Shown: one piece after another, positions 21,932-32,228 of the stretch
Layout of the letters: each line of letters begins with the position of its first letter
Numbering within the stretch: the first letter of the stretch is position 1
Source: an uncultured Chthonomonadaceae bacterium
Lineage (GTDB): Bacteria > Armatimonadota > Chthonomonadetes > Chthonomonadales > Chthonomonadaceae
Direction: 5' to 3'
Assembly: GCA_963835065.1 (NCBI GenBank)
Contig: CAWIEK010000051.1
Coordinates: 1-64,000 of the forward strand
DNA length: 64,000 bases
Position numbers and translations under genes: made by a program
Notes under the pieces: generated by a model
Seen by the model: only the letters and a program-made list of their open reading frames with translations
The model's database searches: none
Told to the model about the DNA's origin: nothing

Positions 21932-22802
21932 TTGAGAAAAATTAAACAGCGGATTCAACGATTCATTGATATTTATCAATCTAATACAATTGAAAGAACT
22001 CAAATTCTGGAGCAACAAATCAGGACGTTGACGGAGCAGCAGGAGGGTCTTTTTCTGCGCCTGGAGGAAGTAAGCAGCCGACTTGAGGTAAACCCCGATC
22101 TTGTTGACGATTTCCGGGCCTGGAAAGCCGCCCATACTCTGCCCCAAAACCCGAAGGTGTCGTGCTGCGTGGCAACCTACAATCGTTCGCAACTGCTGGT
22201 GGAACGCTGTATTGCCTCCATTCAGCGACAAACGTACAGCAATTGGGAACTGATCGTTGTCGGCGACCACTGCACGGACGATACGGCAGACGTGATTGCA
22301 AAACTCGGTGACGCGCGCATCCGGTTTGAAAACCTGCCTGTTCGCGGCCCTTATCCTGAAGACCCGCGCAAGCGCTGGATGGTGGCAGGCACGTTTGCCA
22401 TGAATAAAGCCTTGTCTTTAGCGAGCTGGCGACTACATCACGCATTTGGATGATGATGACGAACACGCGCCGGAGCGCATGGCGCAGTTGGTGGCGTTCG
22501 CCGGAGCAAACGCTCTGGATTTCGTCTGGCATCCGTTCTGGTATACAGATTACGCGGGAGATTGGCAAGTCAATGAAGCCCCCGAATTTGGCCGGGGACA
22601 GGTGACAACCTCCTCGGTTTTTTACCGCCAGTGGTTCAAAAACATAGGATGGGATATAAACGCGCACAAACTGCTGGAACCGGGCGACTGGAATCGCTTC
22701 CGGCGCATCCGCTACTTAAAACCGGATAGCGCGCGCTACCCGGAACCATTGCTCAGACACTATCCCGAAAACACGCAGCACCGAGCGCAGCCGAATTCGT
22801 AA
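21932..22802 (+). CDS. GT2 glycosyltransferase with N-terminal coiled coil; probable indel near 22425
   Basis: VATYNR, ELIVVGD..TD; GDYITHLDDDD continues in the shifted frame. Confidence 0.8.
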
Positions 22803-22859
22803 TCATTACACCGAATACCGACATACGGCTTTTTCAGGATAAATACCCGGACATATCAA

Positions 22860-23672
22860 GTGCAAGCAAGTAATCACGACAAGCCCGGTTTCCATATTGC
22901 CACCATTGCCAACCGACTCGACGAGTACGCGGCGATGAAAGCAAGTTTTTTGCAGGCAGGCTTTACGGAGCCTGCCTGTCGCTATACCCTTCTGGACAAC
23001 TCAAACGGCAATAACCACGAGCCTTACAGCGCCATCAACCGCCTGATTGCCGCCACTACGGAACCCTATCTGATTGTCTGCCATCAGGACATTCGGCTGG
23101 ATCAAGGGCACGGCTATGAGCGGCTGACGCAGCTTCTGGCGGAATTAACGGCGCTTGACAATAAGTGGGCAGCAGCGGGCAACGCGGGGGGCCGGGTGCA
23201 TGAAGCGACAAGTCATCTGGTAGACCCACACGGCGCTCACAATACCGCGCCGCTTCCCCACGAAGTGTACACGCTTGATGAAAACCTGCTGATCCTCCGC
23301 ATGTCCCGCAAACCCGCCGCTTCGCCCGGACTTTCCGGTTTTCACCTGTATGGGGCCGATGTTTGTTTGAATTCCATGCGGCAGGGGTATACTTCTTATA
23401 TCATTGATTTTCGCCTGACGCATTTAAGCGGTGGCAGCCCCGAAAGCGACGCCTTCGCGCAGGCCAAGCAGAAATTTGAAGCGTACTGGAGTCGGCGTTT
23501 CTGGCTGTGCCTGCTGAAAACAACGTGTACGGAGTTGACGTTAAGCCGCCTGCCGGTTGTGCGAACTCAGTTGCTTAATAAAGTCAACCGGAGCCGGGTT
23601 TATAATCATATCAACCTGTACTACAAAGCCGCCAATTTTGCGAACAGGTTCCGCTCAAATAAAAATTCGTAG
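22860..23672 (+). CDS. Glycosyltransferase-like (GT-A fold) hypothetical protein
   Basis: LIVCHQD, V.TLDE, FHLYGADVCL; operon context. Confidence 0.6.
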   Translation: MQASNHDKPGFHIATIANRLDEYAAMKASFLQAGFTEPACRYTLLDNSNGNNHEPYSAINRLIAATTEPYLIVCHQDIRLDQGHGYERLTQLLAELTALDNKWAAAGNAGGRVHEATSHLVDPHGAHNTAPLPHEVYTLDENLLILRMSRKPAASPGLSGFHLYGADVCLNSMRQGYTSYIIDFRLTHLSGGSPESDAFAQAKQKFEAYWSRRFWLCLLKTTCTELTLSRLPVVRTQLLNKVNRSRVYNHINLYYKAANFANRFRSNKNS

Positions 23673-23736
23673 GGGCGCAATTTATTGCGCCCTCTGCCGG
23701 ACCGGTTATTGCGGGCGTGATGAATCACGCCCCTAC
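23669..23736. repeat. Inverted REP doublet (REPIN/BIME-like)
   Basis: GTAGGGGCGCAATTTATTGCGCCCT (23669-23693) and oppositely oriented GGGCGTGATGAATCACGCCCCTAC (23713-23736). Confidence 0.82.
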
Positions 23737-23768
23737 AACCCTTATTTGAATAGAAAGGAAATTTGCCG

Positions 23769-25045
23769 ATGTCCTCCAGCGATATTGCCGTGTCGGTGCG
23801 CGACCTGAGCAAGTCCTATATTATTGCCCACAACGCGGAAAGGCACTCGACGGCGGCGGAAGCGCTGATGCACCGGCTGAAAAATCCGCGTCAGCGCGTG
23901 GAAAAAGAAGAGTTCTGGGCGCTTAAGGACATCAACTTCGATATTAAGAGGGGGGATGTGGTCGGCTTCATCGGCAGGAACGGGGCGGGCAAGTCCACGC
24001 TGCTCAAAGTGCTGTCAGCCGCATTACGGAGCCGACAACGGGGCAGATTGATCTTTACGGGCGGGTTGGCAGCCTGCTGGAAGTGGGTACGGGCTTTCAT
24101 CCCGAACTGACAGGCAGAGAGAATATCTACCTGAACGGCGCGATTTTGGGCATGAACCGCAAGGAGATTGCGCGGGAGTTCGACGCCATTGTGGATTTTT
24201 CGGGTACGGAGAAGTTTCTGGATACGCCGGTGAAGCGGTATTCGAGCGGCATGTATGTGCGCCTCGCGTTTGCCGTCGCCGCGCACCTGAACCCCGAAAT
24301 CCTGATTATTGACGAAGTGCTTGCTGTGGGCGACACCGAATTCCAGAAGAAGTGCCTGGGCAAAATGAAGGATGTCGCCAAAAGCGGGCGTACCATCCTT
24401 TTTGTCAGCCATCAGGAAGCGGCGGTGCGGCAGTTGTGTACGTCCGCCATTTTGCTGAATGCCGGCAAGTTGGTGGTGGCGGGGCATCCCGATGAGGTGT
24501 ATGACCAGTATCGGGTTCGGCGCACGACAACCGGTTTTTCCACGGTAAACCGAACCATGTCCAGCCCGGAACTGCAATGCGAGGACGCTTACTTTTCCTA
24601 TCGCGGCATTGACACGACGGAAATTCCCAGTGGCGCGCAGCCCGATCTGACGCTGGTGATTCGGGTGAATTCCCGGTGTACCTTCACGCCCGAAGTGGTG
24701 TTTCGCAATGCTCAGGGTGTACAGGTGCTGTTCGGCTGCCACTGGTACGCCAATGGCGAAGCGTATACCTTTGATCCGGGCGTGTATGAAATGACGTATA
24801 AATTCCAGTTACCGTATCTGGTCACGGGGCGCTACAGCGTTGACTTTGTTATTTCCGATCCGTGTGTGCGCTATCTGGACTTTATTGAGGAGGCTTTGGA
24901 TTTGTACGTCACGTCGCCGATTAATTCGGCCACAGGGTTTAAGTTCGACCAGTCCTTCGGGCGCGGGTGCATTTACGTGGAAGCAGAAGAAGTGAGCGTG
25001 GTTTCTAAATCAGAAGAGTTCGACAAGAGTTATTCTCAGGTGTGA
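23769..25045 (+). CDS. wzt: ABC polysaccharide transporter ATPase (copy 2) with a different C-terminal domain; probable indel near 24015
   Basis: NBD nearly identical to copy 1 up to ILFVSH, then unrelated; frameshift at GTGCTGTCAGCCGC relative to copy 1. Confidence 0.88.
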
Positions 25046-25108
25046 ACTTTCTTATGAACAGGATGGCTGTTCGTCGGCGTCGCTTTGTGAAACACATCAG
25101 GAGAAGGT

Positions 25109-25876
25109 ATGGGGTTTAGAATCAGAGGCCGTATCAACGCATGGATTGCGCATACGCGCAATCGCTTTCTCGTGTGGCGCGTGGATACGGTAAAACAACA
25201 GGGCAATCTTTTCCGCACCCGCGCGCTGAGGCGGCGATACGCCCTGCCGGAAATAGACATCAAGGAAATCGCTTCCCGCCCCGTCGCGCTGCCGGAACTG
25301 ATTATGGACGACATCGGCATGCCGCCTTATGTCGAAACCATCGAGCATGATGATATTCGGCCCCTGCTGACGATTGCGGCGGGCTTGCAGTCGCGCGTGA
25401 TTGTGGAATTGGGAACGGCGTATGGCAACTCAACGGCAAATCTGTGCAAAGTCTGTCCCGAAGCCACGATTTATACGGTGAACGCGCCTGCCGAAGAGCA
25501 GTCGGGCGAACTGGTCACGTTTGAACTGACCCGCGAACAGGTGGGGCGCGTGTATCGCAAGGCCGGTTACGGGGACAGAGTGGTTCAGATATTCAAGAAC
25601 ACGCTGGAACTCGACCTGTCGGAGTACCTGCCGCAGCCGATGGTAGATTTGGCGATCATAGATGCCTGCCATGACACGGACTTTGTGATCAACGACTTTC
25701 ACAAGGTAAAATCGTTCATCAAGCCGGGCGGCGTTGTGGTGTTCCACGATACGCACCCCAGCCTTTGGCGGCATACGTTTGGCAGCTACATCGCCTGCAT
25801 GAAACTGCGCCAACAGGGATTCGATATACGCCATCTGCGCTCGACCTGGTGGGGCGTGTGGAAAAACAGCGAGTAA
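25109..25876 (+). CDS. Class I SAM-dependent methyltransferase (Methyltransf_24-like)
   Basis: IVELGTAYGNS, DLAIIDACH, IKPGGVVVFHD. Confidence 0.85.
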   Translation: MGFRIRGRINAWIAHTRNRFLVWRVDTVKQQGNLFRTRALRRRYALPEIDIKEIASRPVALPELIMDDIGMPPYVETIEHDDIRPLLTIAAGLQSRVIVELGTAYGNSTANLCKVCPEATIYTVNAPAEEQSGELVTFELTREQVGRVYRKAGYGDRVVQIFKNTLELDLSEYLPQPMVDLAIIDACHDTDFVINDFHKVKSFIKPGGVVVFHDTHPSLWRHTFGSYIACMKLRQQGFDIRHLRSTWWGVWKNSE

Positions 25877-25885
25877 CCCGGTTTC

Positions 25886-27109
25886 ATGAAACTTTTATTC
25901 ATTTCCGGTACCTTGCCGCCAAAGTCGTCTCCTGAAGGCATCCATACCGCCATGCTTTGCAGGCATTTTGCCGCGCAGGGCATTGATGTTCACCTGTTGA
26001 CGACAAAGCAGGAGGGTATCCCAACGGATTTGCCCTGCGCCGTTTATCCGATCATGGAAAAATGGGACTGGTCGGAAATGCCGCGCATGGCCCGATTCAT
26101 TCGCCGCTGCAAACCCGACGCCGTACTGCTGATGTACCTGGGGTTTATGTACGGCAATGAGGCGATGGTGACGTTTGCGCCTACGGTGTGCAGGCGGCTT
26201 CTGCCCCGGCGCGTAAAATTTATCACGCAGTTTGAAAATTTCATGGGCGCGGACACCAAAACCAAATTCTCCAATGATTTCCGCCGACTGCTGACGCGAC
26301 TGCAAGGCAGGCAGGGCGTCAGCCGGGAATTCGGAACCCTGCTGAAGGACAGCGACCATATCATTTTCCTGAGCCGCAACCACTTCGATCAGGCGAAAGA
26401 GCATTTTGATGTTACCTACCAGCATGTGCCTATCGAAGCCAAATCCAGCGTGATTCCCGCGCCGCCCGTGATGGAACGGATCGCGCCCGACCCGGCCCGC
26501 GCCCGCGCCGAAGAGCGCGCCAAATTGGGACTGGAACCGGACGCGCCCTTAATTTTGTACTTCGGGTTTCTTTATCTCGGCAAAGGCATTGACACCCTGG
26601 TTCGCGCCTTTCAGCAGTTAAGCGCGCGCTTTGACAACGCCAAACTCATCATTGTCGGCGGCGTCGTGGATTATAGCGACCCTGCTCTAAACGAGCCTGT
26701 CAGGATGTTTCACGCTTTGCCCAAAGAGCTTGGCATTGAGGATAAGGTGATCTGGACGGGATTTTTGGACTCCAGTACCGATCTGGCGTCACGGTATATG
26801 TATGCCGCCGACCTGTGCGTCCTGCCGTTCGACTTTGGCGTACAATTGAATAACAGTTCGCTTGCGGTGGTGATGAACCACAATCTGCCGGTCATTTCCA
26901 CGCGAGGCGAACACCTGGAACCGGAGTTTAAACACAAAGAGAATATCTACTTATGCCCTCCCAAAGAGCCGGCGATACTGGCAAGCGCAATGGAAGAGGT
27001 TCTTACGGATACCGGGTTGTATGATCAGTTGGTGAGCGGCGCGCAGCAAATGTCCCGCGAACTTTTTTCCTGGGAAGAAGCCGTCAAACGAACTATCGCT
27101 TTATTTTGA
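25886..27109 (+). CDS. GT4 glycosyltransferase
   Basis: ILYFGFLYLGKGIDTL, AADLCVLP, PVIST. Confidence 0.87.
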   Translation: MKLLFISGTLPPKSSPEGIHTAMLCRHFAAQGIDVHLLTTKQEGIPTDLPCAVYPIMEKWDWSEMPRMARFIRRCKPDAVLLMYLGFMYGNEAMVTFAPTVCRRLLPRRVKFITQFENFMGADTKTKFSNDFRRLLTRLQGRQGVSREFGTLLKDSDHIIFLSRNHFDQAKEHFDVTYQHVPIEAKSSVIPAPPVMERIAPDPARARAEERAKLGLEPDAPLILYFGFLYLGKGIDTLVRAFQQLSARFDNAKLIIVGGVVDYSDPALNEPVRMFHALPKELGIEDKVIWTGFLDSSTDLASRYMYAADLCVLPFDFGVQLNNSSLAVVMNHNLPVISTRGEHLEPEFKHKENIYLCPPKEPAILASAMEEVLTDTGLYDQLVSGAQQMSRELFSWEEAVKRTIALF

Positions 27110-28081
<972 letters not shown>

Positions 28082-28084
28082 AAT

Positions 28085-29212
28085 ATGACCAAATTGCGCG
28101 TCCTGCTGATACTGCACGAACTGAGTTTGTCCGGCGCTCCCAAAGTGGCGCTTGAACTCTTTGCGGAATTTGCGGCCAGTGTTGAAGTCCACATTTTTTC
28201 TATCCTGGATGGCCCGCTGCGCGAACAAGCGAGTATGCTTGGCATGGTGACAAACATTCAGGACTTGCAGAAATCCCAAACTCTGTCGGAGCGGATTGCT
28301 CGCAAAACGAAACGCGCCCGTCTGGAAACGCTGCTGCGGCATTGGAAACCCGATGTGATTTACGTCAACAGCGTGGCCGCCCTGCCCGCCCTGCCGCTCA
28401 TGGATTATACATCCGCGCCCGTTTTGCTCCATGTGCATGAGATGGAGGCCGTTATCCGCTTCCTTACGGGCGGGGAGCCGTCCCTGCTGCGAGAAAGACC
28501 CACAGGCTACGTTGTGGTTTCTGAAGCGGTCAAGCGCGCGCTGACCGGCGCGTTTGCCATTGACGCCGCTAAAATCACGGTCATCCATGCGTCCATCTCG
28601 CCTCCGAAGCAACAGACAATTTCGATGGCGATACCGAAGGCAGACAATGCGCCTTTTGTCGTCGGCGGAGCGGGAACCCCGGAAATGCGCAAGGGCATCA
28701 CGCTCTGGCTGCAAATGGCGTCGGAACTGATGTCCAAAGTCGGCGCAGACAAGGTGCGCTTCCAGTGGGTGGGGGTTCGGGACAATCTTGATGGACAATT
28801 GTTTCGCGTCATGGCGCAAAAAATGGGCTTAGAAGCCAGCGTGGAGTTTATTCCGCTGACGCCTGAACCATTGGCCTATTTCGCCGGGTTCGACCTGCTT
28901 GCCATGACCTCGTGGGAAGACCCGTGTCCGCTCGTGGTACTGGAAGCCATGCTGCTGGAAAAGCCTGTCGCCTATTTTATGGGGAGCGGAGGCGCTGTGG
29001 AGGAAACAGGCGATACCGGACTTGCGATCTCCGATTTCTCCCCCGGCGCGATGGCGGATGCTATTGCCGATCTGATGCAGTCGCCGGAACGCCGTGCCGA
29101 CATGGGCAAACGCGCCCGCGCCCGCGTCCTGGAGAATTTTGTTACGTCGGTACAAGCGCCTAAAATCGAACAGCAGATTCGCCTGTTAGCCGGTCAAAAC
29201 GCCCCGCGCTGA
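28085..29212 (+). CDS. GT4 glycosyltransferase
   Basis: HELSLSGAP, HVHE, RKG, TSWEDPCPLVVLEAM. Confidence 0.87.
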   Translation: MTKLRVLLILHELSLSGAPKVALELFAEFAASVEVHIFSILDGPLREQASMLGMVTNIQDLQKSQTLSERIARKTKRARLETLLRHWKPDVIYVNSVAALPALPLMDYTSAPVLLHVHEMEAVIRFLTGGEPSLLRERPTGYVVVSEAVKRALTGAFAIDAAKITVIHASISPPKQQTISMAIPKADNAPFVVGGAGTPEMRKGITLWLQMASELMSKVGADKVRFQWVGVRDNLDGQLFRVMAQKMGLEASVEFIPLTPEPLAYFAGFDLLAMTSWEDPCPLVVLEAMLLEKPVAYFMGSGGAVEETGDTGLAISDFSPGAMADAIADLMQSPERRADMGKRARARVLENFVTSVQAPKIEQQIRLLAGQNAPR

Positions 29213-29229
29213 ACAGATGCTTCAAGAGC

Positions 29230-29253
29230 GGGCTTGATGAATCAAGCCTCTAC
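29230..29253 (-). repeat. GTAG-type REP palindrome variant
   Basis: Minus strand GTAGAGGCTTGATTCATCAAGCCC; compensatory stem change relative to 23713-23736. Confidence 0.75.
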
Positions 29254-29308
29254 AGCACGAACTTTTTATGCGCCGCTTGGTATAAATCTAATTAAAGTGC
29301 AAGAAATA

Positions 29309-30289
29309 ATGCAAACAAATATATCTATTATCGTCCCGGTTTACAATGCGGCAAAGTTTCTGGCGCGGACGCTGCAAAGCGTACAGGCGCAGACCGTGTC
29401 CGATTGGGAACTGATTGCCGTTGACGACGGCAGCAAAGATTGCAGCGCGGACATTGCGCGGGAGTTTGTGGCACAGGACGCGCGGATTCGCCTGGTACAG
29501 CAGGCAAATGGCGGCGTGGCGGCGGCGCGGAACCGGGGGTACGCGGAAACTAATCCCGGCTCTTCTTACATCATTTTTCTCGACAACGATGATTTATGGG
29601 CCTCGGACATGCTGGAGAAACTTCTGCAAGCGCTGGCGGTTCATCAGGATTGCGCGGCGGCGCATGGCAGGGCCGTGCTGATTGACAGTCAGGAACAGCC
29701 GTATGTCACGGATGAACTCAATCCGTACTTTGCAGTGGTGGAAGAGTTTTTGAGCCACCGCTCTATGGTACAGGGAAACCAGATTGTGGATCGCGCGCCT
29801 TCCGAAACCACGACGTTCAACCATTTTGCCGTGCGCAACTGCATCGTGTCGCCGGGCTGTGTCCTGTTCCGCCGCTCCGCGCTGCCCGCCGCGCCGCTCT
29901 TCGATCTTCAGACCGTTCCCAGCGATGATTGGGATTTGTATCTGAATGTGAGTCGCTCACGGCCCTTTGCCTACATCCCGGAAGCGGTCTTTTATTACCG
30001 CATTCATGATTCCAATGCCTCCGGCAACGTCGAAAAGATGCATGCGTCCGGCAAATACGTGCGCCAGAAAGCCTTCAAAACGTACGCGAACGCGCCCCAC
30101 CTCCACGATGCGCTGGTGCAGGGCGCGCTGGCTCCGTATCACGAAAAAAGAACCGAGCGTTTGCGCTGGATGCGCGACTGCCTGCACGAAGGGAAGTTGG
30201 TCGCCGCGCTTCAGCAGGGCTTGCAAACGCTCAAAATCGCGCGCGAAATGCGCCAATTCCGGCTCCAAAACAAAAAGGCAGCCTCCTGA
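29309..30289 (+). CDS. GT2 glycosyltransferase
   Basis: SIIVPVYN, ELIAVDDGSKD, NGGVAAARN, FLDNDD, SDDWD, YRIH. Confidence 0.9.
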   Translation: MQTNISIIVPVYNAAKFLARTLQSVQAQTVSDWELIAVDDGSKDCSADIAREFVAQDARIRLVQQANGGVAAARNRGYAETNPGSSYIIFLDNDDLWASDMLEKLLQALAVHQDCAAAHGRAVLIDSQEQPYVTDELNPYFAVVEEFLSHRSMVQGNQIVDRAPSETTTFNHFAVRNCIVSPGCVLFRRSALPAAPLFDLQTVPSDDWDLYLNVSRSRPFAYIPEAVFYYRIHDSNASGNVEKMHASGKYVRQKAFKTYANAPHLHDALVQGALAPYHEKRTERLRWMRDCLHEGKLVAALQQGLQTLKIAREMRQFRLQNKKAAS

Positions 30290-30312
30290 GCCGGGTATTG
30301 AAAATACCCGGC
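30290..30312. terminator. Hairpin between convergent genes
   Basis: GCCGGGTATT-GAA-AATACCCGGC directly after the GT2 stop; no long U tract. Confidence 0.45.
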
Positions 30313-30325
30313 CAATTGGCGTGGT

Positions 30326-31276
30326 TCAGACAGGGCGCTGCGCTTGCTTGCGGCGGCGCAGGAAGGCAATGCCGCTCAGGGCGGAAGCGGCAAGTAAGGC
30401 CACAGTTCCGGGTTCGGGAACCGCGACGCCGAACGCGAGATTGGCAATCAATTGATGGCCGGGCGCGGTAGGATGCAGGTTGTCCCAATACAGGTAGGTG
30501 TTGGGGTCGCCCACAAGCGTGTTCAGGTAGGAATGAGTCACGTCCGCATAACCATACTGCGCCGGGTTGGACACGATCTGATTGTACAGGGCGTTGTCGT
30601 CGAGCAGAAAGAAGGTGTCGCCGGGAAGCGTCAGGCGCAGCATCTGAAGGGATTGGTTCAGCAGAGTATCATGCACGGCGGCAAGCTGATGGAGAACAGG
30701 GGACGCCGGTGTGCCGATGACATTCGGCAGTTGTCCCAAATCCGACAGGTTGGCAACCAGAAATGTACGCGCGCCGTGCGCGGCCAACTGGTTGATTTCG
30801 CCGGTAAGGTTGGCAACCGGCTTGGTGGGATCGGTCTGCCCGTTCAAATAATCGTTGCCGCCGCCCCACAGGATGTACAGGGCATTGGGGTCAACCACAG
30901 GATGCGCGATGAGGTAGCCCGCCACTTCGGTCTGCATCCCCGGCAGCCTGCTGTCAACATTGGTGGTGTCGGTATGCGCGCCGCCATACGCAAAATCCTC
31001 GGTAGGCTGGCTGACCACGCCGGGGATCGCGGCCAGGTCATCAACCCAGATCGGGCCGTTGGAAAAGCGACCGTTATAATAGGGGGGAGGCGGAACCGTT
31101 CCCATGCTTGCGGCGAAAACGTTGCCGTTATCGGAGATGCTGTCGCCGAAGACAACTAATTTGCTGTACGCCTGCGCCTGCGCCCCGCGTGGCGCGCTTG
31201 CCAGAACCGCGCAAGCCGCCAGGCCGAGCGACAGCGAACGGCCAAACCGTGACAGGGAAAAAGAGAGTCGAGACAT
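30326..31276 (-). CDS. SGNH/GDSL hydrolase with PEP-CTERM sorting signal
   Basis: FGDSISD.G, GRFSNG, GGNDY, WDNLHPT; C-terminal VPEP + TM + RRRK; signal peptide AQA. Confidence 0.92.
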   Translation of the reverse strand: MSRLSFSLSRFGRSLSLGLAACAVLASAPRGAQAQAYSKLVVFGDSISDNGNVFAASMGTVPPPPYYNGRFSNGPIWVDDLAAIPGVVSQPTEDFAYGGAHTDTTNVDSRLPGMQTEVAGYLIAHPVVDPNALYILWGGGNDYLNGQTDPTKPVANLTGEINQLAAHGARTFLVANLSDLGQLPNVIGTPASPVLHQLAAVHDTLLNQSLQMLRLTLPGDTFFLLDDNALYNQIVSNPAQYGYADVTHSYLNTLVGDPNTYLYWDNLHPTAPGHQLIANLAFGVAVPEPGTVALLAASALSGIAFLRRRKQAQRPV

Positions 31277-31304
31277 AGTTAAGTTCAGGCTTCCTTTCAT
31301 GAAG

Positions 31305-31344
31305 AAGCAGTGGGTCAGGAATGTGACTTCCTGACCCACTGCTT
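31305..31344 (-). terminator. Intrinsic terminator-like hairpin after the RRM gene
   Basis: 17-bp perfect stem AAGCAGTGGGTCAGGAA/TTCCTGACCCACTGCTT, 6-nt loop. Confidence 0.7.
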
Positions 31345-31373
31345 TTACTGCGCTGCTGATTTAAACGCCGGAA

Positions 31374-31802
31374 TTACCAGCGGCTGCCGCCGCCACCGCC
31401 GCTGCTGCCGCCGCGATCTCGGTCACGGCCACCGCCGCCGCCACCGTAACCGCCGCCACCGCCACTGCTGCGGCCACCACCGCCACCGCCGTAGCCGCCA
31501 CCGCCGCCGCTGCGTCCGCCGCCACCGCCATAACCACCGCCGCCCGAACGCTCTTCACGCGGGCGCGCTTCGTTGACGGTCAGCGTTCGTCCGCTCATCA
31601 TCGTGCCGTTGAGCGTGTTGATGGCCGCCTGCGCTTCGGCGTCCGTGCTCATTTCCACAAAGCCGAAGCCTTTGGACTGGCCGGTGTATTTGTCCGTGAC
31701 CACGCTGGCCGAAGCCACCGTGCCGGAAGACGAAAACAAGTTTTCCAGATCGCTGTCGCTGGTGGAATAGGGCAGTCCGCCCACATAGATACGTGTCGCC
31801 AT
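31374..31802 (-). CDS. RRM RNA-binding protein with glycine-rich tail
   Basis: RNP2 IYVGGL, RNP1 KGFGFVEM, VNEARPRE, GGYGG repeats; AGGAG RBS. Confidence 0.95.
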   Translation of the reverse strand: MATRIYVGGLPYSTSDSDLENLFSSSGTVASASVVTDKYTGQSKGFGFVEMSTDAEAQAAINTLNGTMMSGRTLTVNEARPREERSGGGGYGGGGGRSGGGGGYGGGGGGRSSGGGGGYGGGGGGRDRDRGGSSGGGGGSRW

Positions 31803-32228
31803 TGTGCAATGGCTCCTTTCTTCATTTCCTTACAGAATCTTCTCATAATTCTATAAAGGAAAACTGTCAACGCATCGCCGCATGGCATTTCCATCGGAAC
31901 CACGCTGAAAATCGCTCTTGAAGCCGGTTCGATCCCAAACGGGAACAAATGAAAATCAAGAGGGAATTAAACGCGCGATGGAAAGCCGGCTGCGACGCCG
32001 GGAGCAAAGAGGGAAAGCCTATCATTATCTTCCCCATCTGAAACAAGCGGCAGGAAAGGAGAAAAGAGCCTGAAGCACACGGGGCAGCCACACCATTTTC
32101 CCAATGGGAATGTCGCTGCATCAGCAAAAAGGTTCCATCCAGCTTCGTGTCCTCGCACAGATAGGGCAGTATACCACACAAACCCGATTTTTCAGCGCTC
32201 GAAACTCGAAATTATGCTTAGAAATTTC

